Positions 18,732-27,942 of a stretch of 46,987 nt of DNA are shown one piece after another; position 1 is the first letter of the stretch, and every line of letters starts with the position of its first letter. Source of the stretch: a virus. Taxonomy: Duplodnaviria > Heunggongvirae > Uroviricota > Caudoviricetes. The stretch is taken from the IMG/VR virus record IMGVR_UViG_2531839402_000001, one strand, 5' to 3'. A program made the translations under genes and the position numbers. Under the pieces are notes generated by a model. The model did no database searches and had not been told where the DNA came from. It saw only the letters and a list, made by a program, of their open reading frames with translations.

Positions 18732-21700
18732 CTACCCTCTGGTGGTATGCGGATTAAGTGAACCACCAGAACGTTTCTCTTCGGCAATCGTCTCAAGCAC
18801 AATCGACTTGATTTGCCGTGCTGCGCCGTTCCAGAGACTGCTCTCGCTTCCACTGCTGCTCTCGCTGGTTCGGCCATCCTTGGTTACATTGATCTGAATC
18901 GAGACAGGTGACACCGCATTACCCGTACTCTTTCCACCTGACTCTGCAGAAAGTGTGACTGGAATGGTTCGACCATCTGGCAGCGGTACGTAAGCCTCAT
19001 TCATTGAGCCCTCGCCAAACATCGCCAACTGCGGTGAGGTGGCGATTCCGCCTTTCTGATAGGCTCTCAGAGGTACAACCCCTTCCTTGCCAAAGATGCC
19101 GCCATTGGCGTGTTTCTTCACATTAGGCTTTGGCTCAGATGAAGACGATGAAGCTGACCCAGCCCAGGCGGATACTGCGGTACTGGCCAGTGACAGACCG
19201 AAATTCAGCCAACGGCTGGACGAACTCGACGACGAAGCACCTACCATGGCGAATGTAGCTGCCAGCGCCCCAGCCGCGGTAGACAGATTCCCCATACTGA
19301 GGATGCTGCTGTTAACCGCTTTGGTTTGATCTTTCGTAGCGTCAGTACCGGTGAACAATGACTTAGTCCAGTCCCAGACGCCATTCACCGCCTGACTTAA
19401 ACCACTGGCCGCATTCTGAGACGCTTGCCCCATAGAGTTCACGCCGGAGGCTGTCTCCTTAGTGGCCTCGCCGACAGATTTATCCCCATTGGCCACCGAC
19501 ACACCAGAATTACCTAGCTGAACCCCTTGATTAGCGATCGCAGACGCTACGCCATTCATGAGATTTCCACTTTGTGCATTGCCAGCGTTTGTCGTTCCCA
19601 TTCCCAACATATTCATGAGAGGCAAAGTGATCTGAGTCTTCACGACCATGTTGGTGATGTCTTTAAGGAACGATGTGGCCAGACTGGAGATGCTCATCTT
19701 CCCGTTAACAACAAAGTCAGTAAGCGTGTCAGTTAAACCGCTAAACAGATCTGTCCAGGTACCTTCGATCTGGTCAGCCAGGTTTTCATATTCCAGAGCC
19801 AACTGCTGGGTCGCTGTGCCTGTTTGCTTAATCAGCGCATTATTGCCAGCGGCCACCAGCTGATTAAGCTGCTTGTTGTAAAGCGAGATGATTTTCGGGT
19901 CAGTCGCCTTATCACGCAGCTCGATCAGCGCCTTAAGATTGCGGTTGTAGGTATCCGAAAACTCGGCAGCCTTCTCCTCATGGCTTTGCATCAAGCCTGC
20001 GCTGATAATCGAATCCGATTCCGGCGCCCAAGCGCTGATCATTTGCTCGACGTTGCGGCGATTAAACATTTCACGGTATTCGGGGGTAGCGTTCCTCAAA
20101 TCCGCGAGACGTTTTTTAGCCTGGTCAACCATCTCCTGCGAGATAAACTCGTTAGGCGTGGCGTTTGCAAGATCGGTTAGTGACTTAGTGACATCACGCA
20201 GCGACTGATCAAACGACACGGTGGCCTTTGAACTTTCGCCCATTTGCCCCATGAGCTGATCAGCTTTATCCAGAGCCTTCTGGAAGCCGGCAGCCAGCTT
20301 CTGTTGCGCACTTTCCTCCCTCTTCGCGGCGCGTTCAGAGGCATTCGCGGTACGCTTCCCCGCCCTCTCGGCGGCAGCAGCATCCTGTTCACGAGCTTTG
20401 GTTAGTGCGGCTATGGCGGCTGCACGCTCCTTCTCGCTCATCTTTTCCAGAGACGATGCAGTGGAGGCTTTCTGCAGGTTAAGCTGGGTTTTAAGCTGCT
20501 TCGGCCCAATGATAGGTTTTCCTTCAAAATCCATCATTGGTGTGCCATCAGGCAGCGTGCGCTGGTAAACCGCAGAGTCCATCTGGTTGCGCATGTACTG
20601 CGCGAGCGCTTTATCAGCGCCTTTGTCGCTGGTGCCCAACCCAAGCACTGTTCCCTGGTTGGTCTTCACGCCCTTCCCGGTTTTCGCCGCGTTATCGCGT
20701 TCAAACTCAGCCTGTGTCAGTTCCTGAGCAATCGTCTCCAGGTGTTCCTGATAGCCGCGAATACTGCCCTGCAGCTTCTGAACCTGTTCTGTGTTTCCTT
20801 CTTTTTTCGCCTTTTCCAGCAAATCGCTAAAATGTGCGATCTGCTTTTCAGTTGCGGTCTTGCGCGATGATAAAGAGTCGACAAGTTTCTGGGCCGGCTG
20901 CAGATAAGATTTGTTTACTGTCTCTCGCAGCGGCGCAAGCAGCTTGTTCTTCTCATCATCGGACAGTGTTTTGTCGTCATTGATCTTCTGGATTTTGTCC
21001 AGTGCCTCCTGACGCGCTTTAACAAACGTAGCTGAGAAGAGCTGATTGTCCGCCCGGATTTTCTCGATCTGGGATTCAGCAGCCTCTTTCGCCAGACGTT
21101 TGGATACAGCGCCATCCCCCAGCGCGATGGTGTCAGTGGTTCTCTTGTACTCTTCCTGATTTTTCTTCAGTCGAGCCTCAACAACCTCTTTAGACTCCTT
21201 AACGGCGACAGGGCCGGCGACTGTGGAAATGTAGTTCACACTTTCGCCAGATTTAAGCGCTTGCTGGTCCCGCTGAATTTGCTTCTCTAGCTGCGATGCG
21301 CGCTCCGCCATTTGTGCGCGCTTGGCCGCCGTCATCGCTTCGGGGATTTTGCGAATCTCCTCAACAACTTTGGACGTTTCGTTGCGAAGCATGGTCATGT
21401 AGGTGATCAGCCCGGCAACAGCCACTGTTGCAACGGTAAACGCAGCACCAATCGGGTTTGCTGCGATAAACGCAGTCAGCCCAGCGAATGCCCCTTTCAG
21501 CCCCGTAATCGCGCCACGAATGGCAAAAATGAGCGATGGGATTGGTGCCAGTCCCATGCGTGCAGCACGATTGAAACGAGTGACCGCCGTCGCTCCCAGC
21601 GTGAATGGTGTCTGGATTACAGTGGACATCTTCATGAAGGTGGAAAGCATCTGGCCGCCGGCGCCGACAACACCTAAAATGCCCGCTCTGAGCATTTTAA

Positions 21701-23270
21701 ATGCCACCATTCCGGCGACAATTTTGCCCAGCGTAATAACCAACTCCTGATTCTTAGCCAACCATTGCGCCAGCTCGCGCAGGCCATCAATCGCGGTGGT
21801 AAGCCCCTCGCCCAATGAATTAGCGAACGAAATGCCTTCTGCGCTGTTCATTACGGCCGCCAGCTCTTTCATCCCCTTGGTCAGAGAATCAAGATATCCA
21901 GCCTGCCCTACTCGATCGGCAAACAGAGTGAAAGAGGTTTGCAGCTGCGCCAACGCACCGGTGTAGGTTTGCATCATATCTTTGGCGGCATTTTCGTTTT
22001 CCGCACGCAAACCAACAAACATCAATGAAAGAGCCTGTTTCGCTTCAACGGTCCCACTGGAGACGGCTTTGGTTAGCTCCCCCATCGTGATACCAGCCGC
22101 ATCTGCCATAGCCTTCATCGCATTTGGAACCGCTTCACCCAATTGCTGGCGGAGCTCTTCCATCGACACAACGCCTTTACCAGACATCTGTTGGACGGCC
22201 ACCGCCGCTCGCTTAAGCAACTCACTATCGCCACCAAAACGTGCGACTGAGTCCACCAGTGCCTTTAACGAGCCATCAGTAGGATCGAGCCCAGCAGAAC
22301 GGAACTTCACAAATGAGTCGGTTAAAGCCTGCATCGCAAATGGGGCATTTTTAGCCATGTCCACGATGTACTGCATGTCTTGGGCGGCAGCTTCTCCAGG
22401 ATTGACCTTATCCTTGTTCAACCCACGCAACATGACACGCATACGCTGCATCTCGGCCGCAGCCTCTACGATCGGCTTCTGCCAACCAAACAGGATGTCA
22501 GTGACCGTTCTGGCCGCATCCCCAATTTCCCCCAGAAGGAAAATATTGCCGCGTAATCCAGAGAAGACGCCATTTTCACGACCACCACCGCGATGGGACG
22601 CAGCGGTAAATCGATCAGCGCCACCTCCGCTGCCTCCCCCGACCGTTGTGGTTGTTCTAACCCTGACCGGACGGCTGATCAGCTGCTGGCTTCGAATAAC
22701 GCCATCCATCTGATCTTTGACTTTTTTTAACCCCTCGGCCGCCTGGCTTGTCGTTGTTCCCCAATTACTCAGACGCTTGCTGGTCGCATTTAGTCTGGTG
22801 TTCATTCCACCAAGAGAAGTAGTGGCACCCTTGATCTCAGTGTTGAATTTACCGGCATGGTCTCCTGCGTATTTAACCCAATCAGAAAACTCATTGAGTT
22901 CCGACTGAACCTTCCGCAATGATGCCAGGAACTTGTGCGTAGACGATGTGGCTGAATCAACGCGATCGGTGAATGTCCGCAAATCAGTGCTGATAGCGGA
23001 CAGTTCACGTTGTGCCTTTCTAGAGGTGTTGGAAACGAGCTCAAAACCGGCAGCTACGTCCTGTAGTTTGTCTGCCGTAGAATTGAGTCTGGTTTCAAGA
23101 GCGCCAAGAATGCTGGAGACCGAACCCAGAGAGCGCTCGAGGTTTTTAATTTTTTGAGCCGGTTTGGTAGCCCGCTCGCCAAATTTGGTAAGTAATTTAC
23201 CCGCCCGGTCGATTGACGCCGTAAACTGTTTGTCTTCCAGCGACAGGATAAACTCTACGTTTTGTGACAT
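18732..23270 (-). CDS. Tail tape measure protein, 1,512 aa
   Basis: Long helical Ala/Gln/Lys-rich ORF after the tail chaperones; tape-measure domain (AKNAPF...L.DSFVKFRSAG; QQM.GKG.V..EELRQQLGEAVP) and a C-terminal HANGGI..GEG..EA..PL motif. Confidence 0.93.
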   Translation of the reverse strand: MSQNVEFILSLEDKQFTASIDRAGKLLTKFGERATKPAQKIKNLERSLGSVSSILGALETRLNSTADKLQDVAAGFELVSNTSRKAQRELSAISTDLRTFTDRVDSATSSTHKFLASLRKVQSELNEFSDWVKYAGDHAGKFNTEIKGATTSLGGMNTRLNATSKRLSNWGTTTSQAAEGLKKVKDQMDGVIRSQQLISRPVRVRTTTTVGGGSGGGADRFTAASHRGGGRENGVFSGLRGNIFLLGEIGDAARTVTDILFGWQKPIVEAAAEMQRMRVMLRGLNKDKVNPGEAAAQDMQYIVDMAKNAPFAMQALTDSFVKFRSAGLDPTDGSLKALVDSVARFGGDSELLKRAAVAVQQMSGKGVVSMEELRQQLGEAVPNAMKAMADAAGITMGELTKAVSSGTVEAKQALSLMFVGLRAENENAAKDMMQTYTGALAQLQTSFTLFADRVGQAGYLDSLTKGMKELAAVMNSAEGISFANSLGEGLTTAIDGLRELAQWLAKNQELVITLGKIVAGMVAFKMLRAGILGVVGAGGQMLSTFMKMSTVIQTPFTLGATAVTRFNRAARMGLAPIPSLIFAIRGAITGLKGAFAGLTAFIAANPIGAAFTVATVAVAGLITYMTMLRNETSKVVEEIRKIPEAMTAAKRAQMAERASQLEKQIQRDQQALKSGESVNYISTVAGPVAVKESKEVVEARLKKNQEEYKRTTDTIALGDGAVSKRLAKEAAESQIEKIRADNQLFSATFVKARQEALDKIQKINDDKTLSDDEKNKLLAPLRETVNKSYLQPAQKLVDSLSSRKTATEKQIAHFSDLLEKAKKEGNTEQVQKLQGSIRGYQEHLETIAQELTQAEFERDNAAKTGKGVKTNQGTVLGLGTSDKGADKALAQYMRNQMDSAVYQRTLPDGTPMMDFEGKPIIGPKQLKTQLNLQKASTASSLEKMSEKERAAAIAALTKAREQDAAAAERAGKRTANASERAAKREESAQQKLAAGFQKALDKADQLMGQMGESSKATVSFDQSLRDVTKSLTDLANATPNEFISQEMVDQAKKRLADLRNATPEYREMFNRRNVEQMISAWAPESDSIISAGLMQSHEEKAAEFSDTYNRNLKALIELRDKATDPKIISLYNKQLNQLVAAGNNALIKQTGTATQQLALEYENLADQIEGTWTDLFSGLTDTLTDFVVNGKMSISSLATSFLKDITNMVVKTQITLPLMNMLGMGTTNAGNAQSGNLMNGVASAIANQGVQLGNSGVSVANGDKSVGEATKETASGVNSMGQASQNAASGLSQAVNGVWDWTKSLFTGTDATKDQTKAVNSSILSMGNLSTAAGALAATFAMVGASSSSSSSRWLNFGLSLASTAVSAWAGSASSSSSEPKPNVKKHANGGIFGKEGVVPLRAYQKGGIATSPQLAMFGEGSMNEAYVPLPDGRTIPVTLSAESGGKSTGNAVSPVSIQINVTKDGRTSESSSGSESSLWNGAARQIKSIVLETIAEEKRSGGSLNPHTTRG

Positions 23271-23277
23271 TCCCTTG

Positions 23278-23634
23278 TCATCCTCTGCCAAAAATTTGCA
23301 TCAGTTGCTCTTTGGCGTCGGGGTCTGCCTTATCCATATGCGGACGGTAGACTTTATCAGTAACGACTGGCCTTCCAATCCTGAGTTGCAAACCCTCCAT
23401 GAACGCCTTAACGCCATCGCCATCCGCTTGGGCGACGCGGGCGACCTGCAGATTGCGGACATCCTCTTCCGCTCGCAGACGATCGATATTGCGGCTGAGC
23501 ATCCAGAACATGGTCAATGGGACACTCAGTAGCTCTGTTGGCGATACGGCGTAGTGAGCAACTACACGACTGAAATAGAATCCGAGATCTATCGAAACGG
23601 TCTTTACCCCGGATTCATCGCGGGATATTACTTT
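23278..23634 (-). CDS. Tail assembly chaperone T segment, probably expressed as a G-T fusion by -1 frameshift
   Basis: The -1 frame is open from the A-AAG at the end of G (KVISRDESGVKTVSIDLGFYFSRVVAHY...LTMFWMLSRNIDRL) to the stop at 23278; no strong internal RBS. Confidence 0.72.
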   Translation of the reverse strand, partial: KVISRDESGVKTVSIDLGFYFSRVVAHYAVSPTELLSVPLTMFWMLSRNIDRLRAEEDVRNLQVARVAQADGDGVKAFMEGLQLRIGRPVVTDKVYRPHMDKADPDAKEQLMQIFGRG

Positions 23635-23945
23635 GCCCCTTCGCCAGCCGCTTTTTCGTTCTCTTCATCAATCACTTCCATGGCGAAGGTGAAGATCTGC
23701 TGGAGTTGCTGGACAGTCAGTTTTTCCAGAACGGAGTCAGGTACTGACGGAATGACTTTGCGTACCAGTTCTGCGTAGGCAGTTACCTGGTCGACGGGAG
23801 ACATATTCATGAGGTCTTTGTCTTCCATCTGCTTGATAGAAACAAAGAGGCCGACGGTCATTTCAACGATGGGATATTCTTTGCCACCAAATTTGATGCT
23901 TTTTTTCGGCGGCAGAATGGAGTCGAGATCGAGTAATTTGGTCAT
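23628..23945 (-). CDS. Tail assembly chaperone G-like, 105 aa
   Basis: Lies between the major tail and tape measure genes; ends GGG GCA AAG TAA. Confidence 0.85.
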   Translation of the reverse strand: MTKLLDLDSILPPKKSIKFGGKEYPIVEMTVGLFVSIKQMEDKDLMNMSPVDQVTAYAELVRKVIPSVPDSVLEKLTVQQLQQIFTFAMEVIDEENEKAAGEGAK

Positions 23946-23970
23946 GGTTTAAATCCTTTTAAACTCATAC

Positions 23971-23992
23971 AGAGGCCCATCCATGGGCCTCT
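23971..23992. terminator. Hairpin downstream of the major tail gene (weak terminator or mRNA stabiliser)
   Basis: AGAGGCCCAT-CC-ATGGGCCTCT; no clear U tract. Confidence 0.5.
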
Positions 23993-24006
23993 TGGGTTAT
24001 CACAAT

Positions 24007-24753
24007 TTAGCTTGCGGCAGTTACAGAGACGGCTTTGGTCGCCTTCTTGGCACCGTCATTAGTTGTGAAGGTGATATTGGCTGAACCGACAGCTTTACCA
24101 GTTACCAGTCCGTTCTGATCTACGGTCGCTTTATCAGTCGCATCAGAGCTCCACACGCCAGTCTTATTGGTTGCATCGGCCGGGGTGAAGGTTGCGCTCA
24201 ATTGAACTTTAGCGCCCACTTTTACGGTCGGTGAAGACGGGGTCAGCGTGACGCTCTCAACCGGCTTTGGGAGGCTCATTTTCCCCAACACGCCAGCGTC
24301 GTCCGGGTAAGCGGAAAACTCAACTGAGAACACGCGAACGTCGTCAGACTGGTAGGTCATGGTGAAGTTACCCGCGGTTGCTGCTTTAGGGATGGTCAGA
24401 ACATAATCCGTCGCATCCTGCGGGGTCAGCACCAACTCTTTCGCAACGTCGATCAGGTTCACTCCCTGCGCAGACGTGATGGTTACGGTATCTTCGCCAG
24501 AACTCAGCGTGGAACCTGGCATCAGATCGACCATGTTTTTCAACACGGATTCAGCCAGCGGCGCAGTAATGGTGATGTTGCGGCCCTGGATCAGCTCGGA
24601 AATCGTGGTCTGGCCCAGCTGGTCTACGGTCACTTTCAGCGTTTCGGTTGCGATTTCAACCTGAACACCGCCTTTGGTGTAACCCAGATCCACGCCACCA
24701 AACGACACCTTGCAGGCGCCAAGCTTGATGTTTTTAACATGGGTATTGGACAT
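24007..24753 (-). CDS. Major tail tube protein with C-terminal Ig-like (Big_2) domain
   Basis: IKLGAC.V.FGGVDLGYTKGGV tube-protein start; C-terminal VESVTLTP...VQLSAT.TPADATNK...WSS...ATVDQNGLVTG. Confidence 0.9.
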   Translation of the reverse strand: MSNTHVKNIKLGACKVSFGGVDLGYTKGGVQVEIATETLKVTVDQLGQTTISELIQGRNITITAPLAESVLKNMVDLMPGSTLSSGEDTVTITSAQGVNLIDVAKELVLTPQDATDYVLTIPKAATAGNFTMTYQSDDVRVFSVEFSAYPDDAGVLGKMSLPKPVESVTLTPSSPTVKVGAKVQLSATFTPADATNKTGVWSSDATDKATVDQNGLVTGKAVGSANITFTTNDGAKKATKAVSVTAAS

Positions 24754-24797
24754 TATTGGAAAACTCCTTTTTCCGTTAAAACAGTGTCATCCCGACA

Positions 24798-24825
24798 CAC
24801 AATAGTAAGTATATACTTACTTATT
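24798..24825 (-). promoter_or_regulatory. Late-type dyad operator/promoter upstream of the major tail gene
   Basis: AGTAAGTATATACTTACT is a perfect palindrome (24804-24821); minus strand reads AAGTAAG-TA-TATACT-TACTAT. Confidence 0.65.
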
Positions 24826-25213
24826 TATTCAGTTCAATAAAGTACCCGGCAAATTCAAGTGGAATCCCCGTTTCAATAAGCGATCCGTCATTTATTGGGT
24901 ACGTTATTGGCATCGCCATCGGCCTAACCATTTTGAAGAATACCCCGTCAGACTCTACGTTGCTAACAGGAAGGATATCCATGATTTTGTTTGCCATTTC
25001 AACAGATTTTGTAATACTCGCATTGCGAACTACTATCGTGAATGAGTCGAAGTAAAAACCCTGCAAATCCGGATCGATGGTTATGCCTGTATTGGGATTA
25101 ATCAGCAAGATGCCAGACTTAACTTTTGCTGGCATATAGTGACAGAAAATGTCTGTCCCTACTTTTCCAAGCCCATTTTTCTGTATCAATTTTGCGAATG
25201 CTTCTACAAACAC
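24821..25213 (-). CDS. Putative tail terminator/completion protein, 130 aa
   Basis: GTG start with GAGG RBS; size and position immediately before the tube gene. Confidence 0.7.
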   Translation of the reverse strand: MFVEAFAKLIQKNGLGKVGTDIFCHYMPAKVKSGILLINPNTGITIDPDLQGFYFDSFTIVVRNASITKSVEMANKIMDILPVSNVESDGVFFKMVRPMAMPITYPINDGSLIETGIPLEFAGYFIELNK

Positions 25214-25214
25214 A

Positions 25215-25688
25215 TCAACCTCGCGTAAATCCTGCTTTTCTGGCGGCTTCCATGATCGTCTGCGAAAATTGCTTTTCGCTGATCTGAGTCGCTCGCTCAA
25301 GGAAATATGGGCCCACTTTAGGCTTCACGCCGGCGACAGGAGGGTTGGTAACATTCTTCATACGAGACAAATAACCAAGACGGTACTTACCAAGCTCCAT
25401 GTATTTGGCATAGTCCCCCACCTCAACGCCTGGATGCCCTTCGCGCTGCTTTGCGCCTGATACGGAAAGCTCAATACGAAGTCCCGCGTATCCTTCTTTT
25501 ACAACCCGCGCAAAAATGGCGCTCTCCAGCGATCCGGTTTCAAGCGGGGCCATGGCTCGTGCCAGTCGTTCAACCAGACGCGCCAGCTTTTCCATGTCCC
25601 TGATTAGGTATCGCTTGAACGCTTTCTGGCTGTTATTAAGTCTGGCGCCGGCACGCTTAAACTGGTGTGCGTCATATTTCAAACCCAT
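25215..25688 (-). CDS. Putative tail completion protein (HK97 gp10-like)
   Basis: AMAPLETGSLESAI and YAKYMELG motifs, basic composition and position in the neck/tail block. Confidence 0.75.
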   Translation of the reverse strand: MGLKYDAHQFKRAGARLNNSQKAFKRYLIRDMEKLARLVERLARAMAPLETGSLESAIFARVVKEGYAGLRIELSVSGAKQREGHPGVEVGDYAKYMELGKYRLGYLSRMKNVTNPPVAGVKPKVGPYFLERATQISEKQFSQTIMEAARKAGFTRG

Positions 25689-26023
25689 ATATTCGCCCCC
25701 AGCTCAAGATGCCCAGGGCGGCCACGTAGTCCCCATCGCCGATGTACGCTTGAGACCTTCAGCTTCTGTCCCTCCAGCACAAGAACGTCATCGAGTTGAA
25801 CAGCGGCTTCAAGTGGAACAATAAGTACTGCGTCAAACAACTCCAGCGCCGCCTTTCCGCGACTTCCAGAGCTATCTGCCCTGACGGACGATTTTTCATT
25901 GCTCTGTTCAAATTTAACGACGCCTACTTTCGTCTTCCTGACGAACTGCAATTGCGCTTCACCGTAGACGTTTTTGGAACCAAACCGGTAGATCGACAAT
26001 TCGGCTTGCCACGAAATATTCAT
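25679..26023 (-). CDS. Putative head closure (stopper) protein, 114 aa
   Basis: AAGGAG RBS; beta-rich small protein with the D.YGE-like NVYGEA start and a C-terminal HLEL motif; position after the adaptor. Confidence 0.7.
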   Translation of the reverse strand: MNISWQAELSIYRFGSKNVYGEAQLQFVRKTKVGVVKFEQSNEKSSVRADSSGSRGKAALELFDAVLIVPLEAAVQLDDVLVLEGQKLKVSSVHRRWGLRGRPGHLELGANIWV

Positions 26024-26120
26024 CCACTCTCCTTGTGTGAAGTCGTCGCACTCATTACCAGGCGGAGGCGCGGTTTCCCGTCTTTGGCCTGTCGACCAGA
26101 AGTAAAGAGCACGACGTGTG

Positions 26121-26954
26121 TTACGCACGACGAACAATCATCCGATTGTTGATGTAACTAATAAGCAATCGCCAAGTGCTGCGAGCCACACGGACATTCG
26201 CCACTTTGCTTGTGCGGTACATATTGGTTGTTTCACCGATAGATTCAGACAAAATGCCGTCTTCACGCGCACTCGCAATATCGTTGCCATTGGCGATCTC
26301 GCATGCCTCATTAACGGTGGCCAGAAGCAGCGCCTCTTTAAAGTAGTCTGGCAACTCCGCAAACTGCTCCGAAGTGATCCGTTCCCAGTCCACCAAATCC
26401 TGCCGATACACGCCGTCAGCCCCCCAGGGAATGTCATAGACATTCAGCATGTTTTGGGGACGGTCATACCGGTCGAAATCGATGCGCAAGATCCTCCGGA
26501 TAGAGAAAGGTAATGTTTTGATTCGCCGTGTCGCTTCGATTAACCGCTTGCGCATCAAACCCTCTCCATCAGCCAGCAATGTATCTCCATTGATCATATC
26601 AATGGCCTGCATTTGAGCATCGGCTACGGTGGCAAACGACTGACCCGGGACGGATAGTTCAAAGCTATTAAGCAGCACATACATCTGCCGCTCTTCGTGG
26701 GTTAACCCACCCGCTGTGGCCTTCACGATGACGTAGCGCAGATCACGCTCTTTTTCGACCAGCTGGTTATGCTCTGCTGAGACCACAACCGGTATAGACA
26801 TTTGGCCTTCTGCAATATCGAGAGGCTCTTCGTCCACAAGAGTGGTGCCTGCACTATCTCGCACGGTGTAAGAGGCGGAATCGATATCCAGTACGTTAAA
26901 GGCGAAGGTCAGAGACACGATGTCTCCGCTACGAAACGTGTCGATCAGAGCCAT
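26121..26954 (-). CDS. Putative head-tail adaptor/connector protein, 277 aa
   Basis: TGATG-coupled to the upstream gene; C-terminal SF.TVADA...L..AT...G..SESIGETT..Y adaptor-like pattern; synteny. Confidence 0.6.
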   Translation of the reverse strand: MALIDTFRSGDIVSLTFAFNVLDIDSASYTVRDSAGTTLVDEEPLDIAEGQMSIPVVVSAEHNQLVEKERDLRYVIVKATAGGLTHEERQMYVLLNSFELSVPGQSFATVADAQMQAIDMINGDTLLADGEGLMRKRLIEATRRIKTLPFSIRRILRIDFDRYDRPQNMLNVYDIPWGADGVYRQDLVDWERITSEQFAELPDYFKEALLLATVNEACEIANGNDIASAREDGILSESIGETTNMYRTSKVANVRVARSTWRLLISYINNRMIVRRA

Positions 26955-27388
26955 CACTCACCGCCTTGTGCTTTCAGGATGCCCTCAATCATTTCAACAA
27001 TGCCCTTCGCTTTCACGCCAAGCGTGTTGCCGATCTGGCGCAGGCCGGCGATACCTTCACAGTCAGCAATGGACTCCAGCTCTTCTCGGGTGAAGCGCTG
27101 CACATCTTTTGTCTCCTCCTTCGCGACGCCACGTTTCATAGGGACAATATCAGGGGCCGTAGGCTCCACAATCTGATCGGCCACCAGCTCGTTACGATTG
27201 CTGAAGGCAGCTGATGGAGAGACATTTTTTCCATCAATGGTTTCGGCACGCATTGAGGCGCAGATCCGCTGTTGATCGAGAAATGGCAGCTCTGCTACGG
27301 AAATGCCGTCTTTAAAATAAACGCCGCACAGGATGCCCGTGTATCCAAGGAACTGAGGTTCCAGAAGATGAATTTTTGCTGGTTTCAT
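26954..27388 (-). CDS. Putative virion protein, 144 aa: N-terminal module shared with the upstream gene plus a C-terminal HeH/LEM-like helical motif
   Basis: 14/44 ungapped identity to the N-terminus of 27436..27864; C-terminus FTREELESIAD.EGIAGLRQIGNTLGVKAKGI.EMIEGILKAQ. Confidence 0.65.
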   Translation of the reverse strand: MKPAKIHLLEPQFLGYTGILCGVYFKDGISVAELPFLDQQRICASMRAETIDGKNVSPSAAFSNRNELVADQIVEPTAPDIVPMKRGVAKEETKDVQRFTREELESIADCEGIAGLRQIGNTLGVKAKGIVEMIEGILKAQGGE

Positions 27389-27435
27389 GAGTTTTCCTCT
27401 GAACAGGGTGGCCAGAGCCACCCCTTGTTACTGAA

Positions 27436-27864
27436 TCAGGCTGCAGCTGCTGTAACTTGAATAGTTGCGGTTGCTTTATGGCTGCCGTCTGCGGTCGTGA
27501 CTTCAATCGTCGCAGTCCCTTCTGCAACGCCGGTCACGAGACCAGTAGCCGCGTCAACCGTTGCAAATTCTGCATTTTTCGACGCCCAGGTAACTTTCTT
27601 GTTGGTAGCACCAGCAGGCGCCACGGTAGCCGTGAGTTGAACCGTTTTTTTCACCTCCACCGATGTCGACTTAGGACTTACCGAGACACCAGTAACAGCG
27701 ACAGTGGGCTCCAACGGAGCCGCTCGCATAGCTGCGGAGATACGGCTCTGCATGCGCTCGTTTACTGGGTGATCGGACACCGATTTAGTGAACGAGGTAC
27801 GGAACATCACCCCTGTAAAGTCGGTGAAGGCCTTTTCAGTGATCTTCACTTTTTTTTCTGACAT
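27436..27864 (-). CDS. Putative capsid decoration protein with Big_2 Ig-like domain
   Basis: Directly after the MCP; VAVTGVSVSP...VQLTATVAPAGATNKKVTW.S....ATVD..TGLVTGV.EGTATI. Confidence 0.8.
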   Translation of the reverse strand: MSEKKVKITEKAFTDFTGVMFRTSFTKSVSDHPVNERMQSRISAAMRAAPLEPTVAVTGVSVSPKSTSVEVKKTVQLTATVAPAGATNKKVTWASKNAEFATVDAATGLVTGVAEGTATIEVTTADGSHKATATIQVTAAAA

Positions 27865-27877
27865 TTATCGCTCCTAT

Positions 27878-27903
27878 AAAAAGGGTGGGCGTATAGCCCA
27901 CCC
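27878..27903 (-). terminator. Intrinsic terminator after the major capsid gene
   Basis: GGGTGGGC-TATAC-GCCCACCC-TTTTT on the minus strand. Confidence 0.85.
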
Positions 27904-27912
27904 ATTCAAAAT

Positions 27913-27936
27913 CAATAGGTAAGCACCTACCTATTG
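27913..27936. promoter_or_regulatory. Late-type dyad operator between the MCP stop and its terminator
   Basis: CAATAGGTAAG-CA-CCTACCTATTG. Confidence 0.6.
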
Positions 27937-27942
27937 TTAGGA

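Noticed and set aside
21982-22713. 243-aa plus-strand ORF
   Set aside because: Antisense to the tape measure gene; mirror composition and no independent signals.
26024-26120. c-di-GMP (GEMM) riboswitch or HDV-like ribozyme
   Set aside because: Partial resemblance only. The GRCGCAAA block of GEMM is missing. For an HDV fold, P1/P3/L3 can be drawn but P2 is weak and no catalytic C is correctly placed. Kept only as an unnamed structure.
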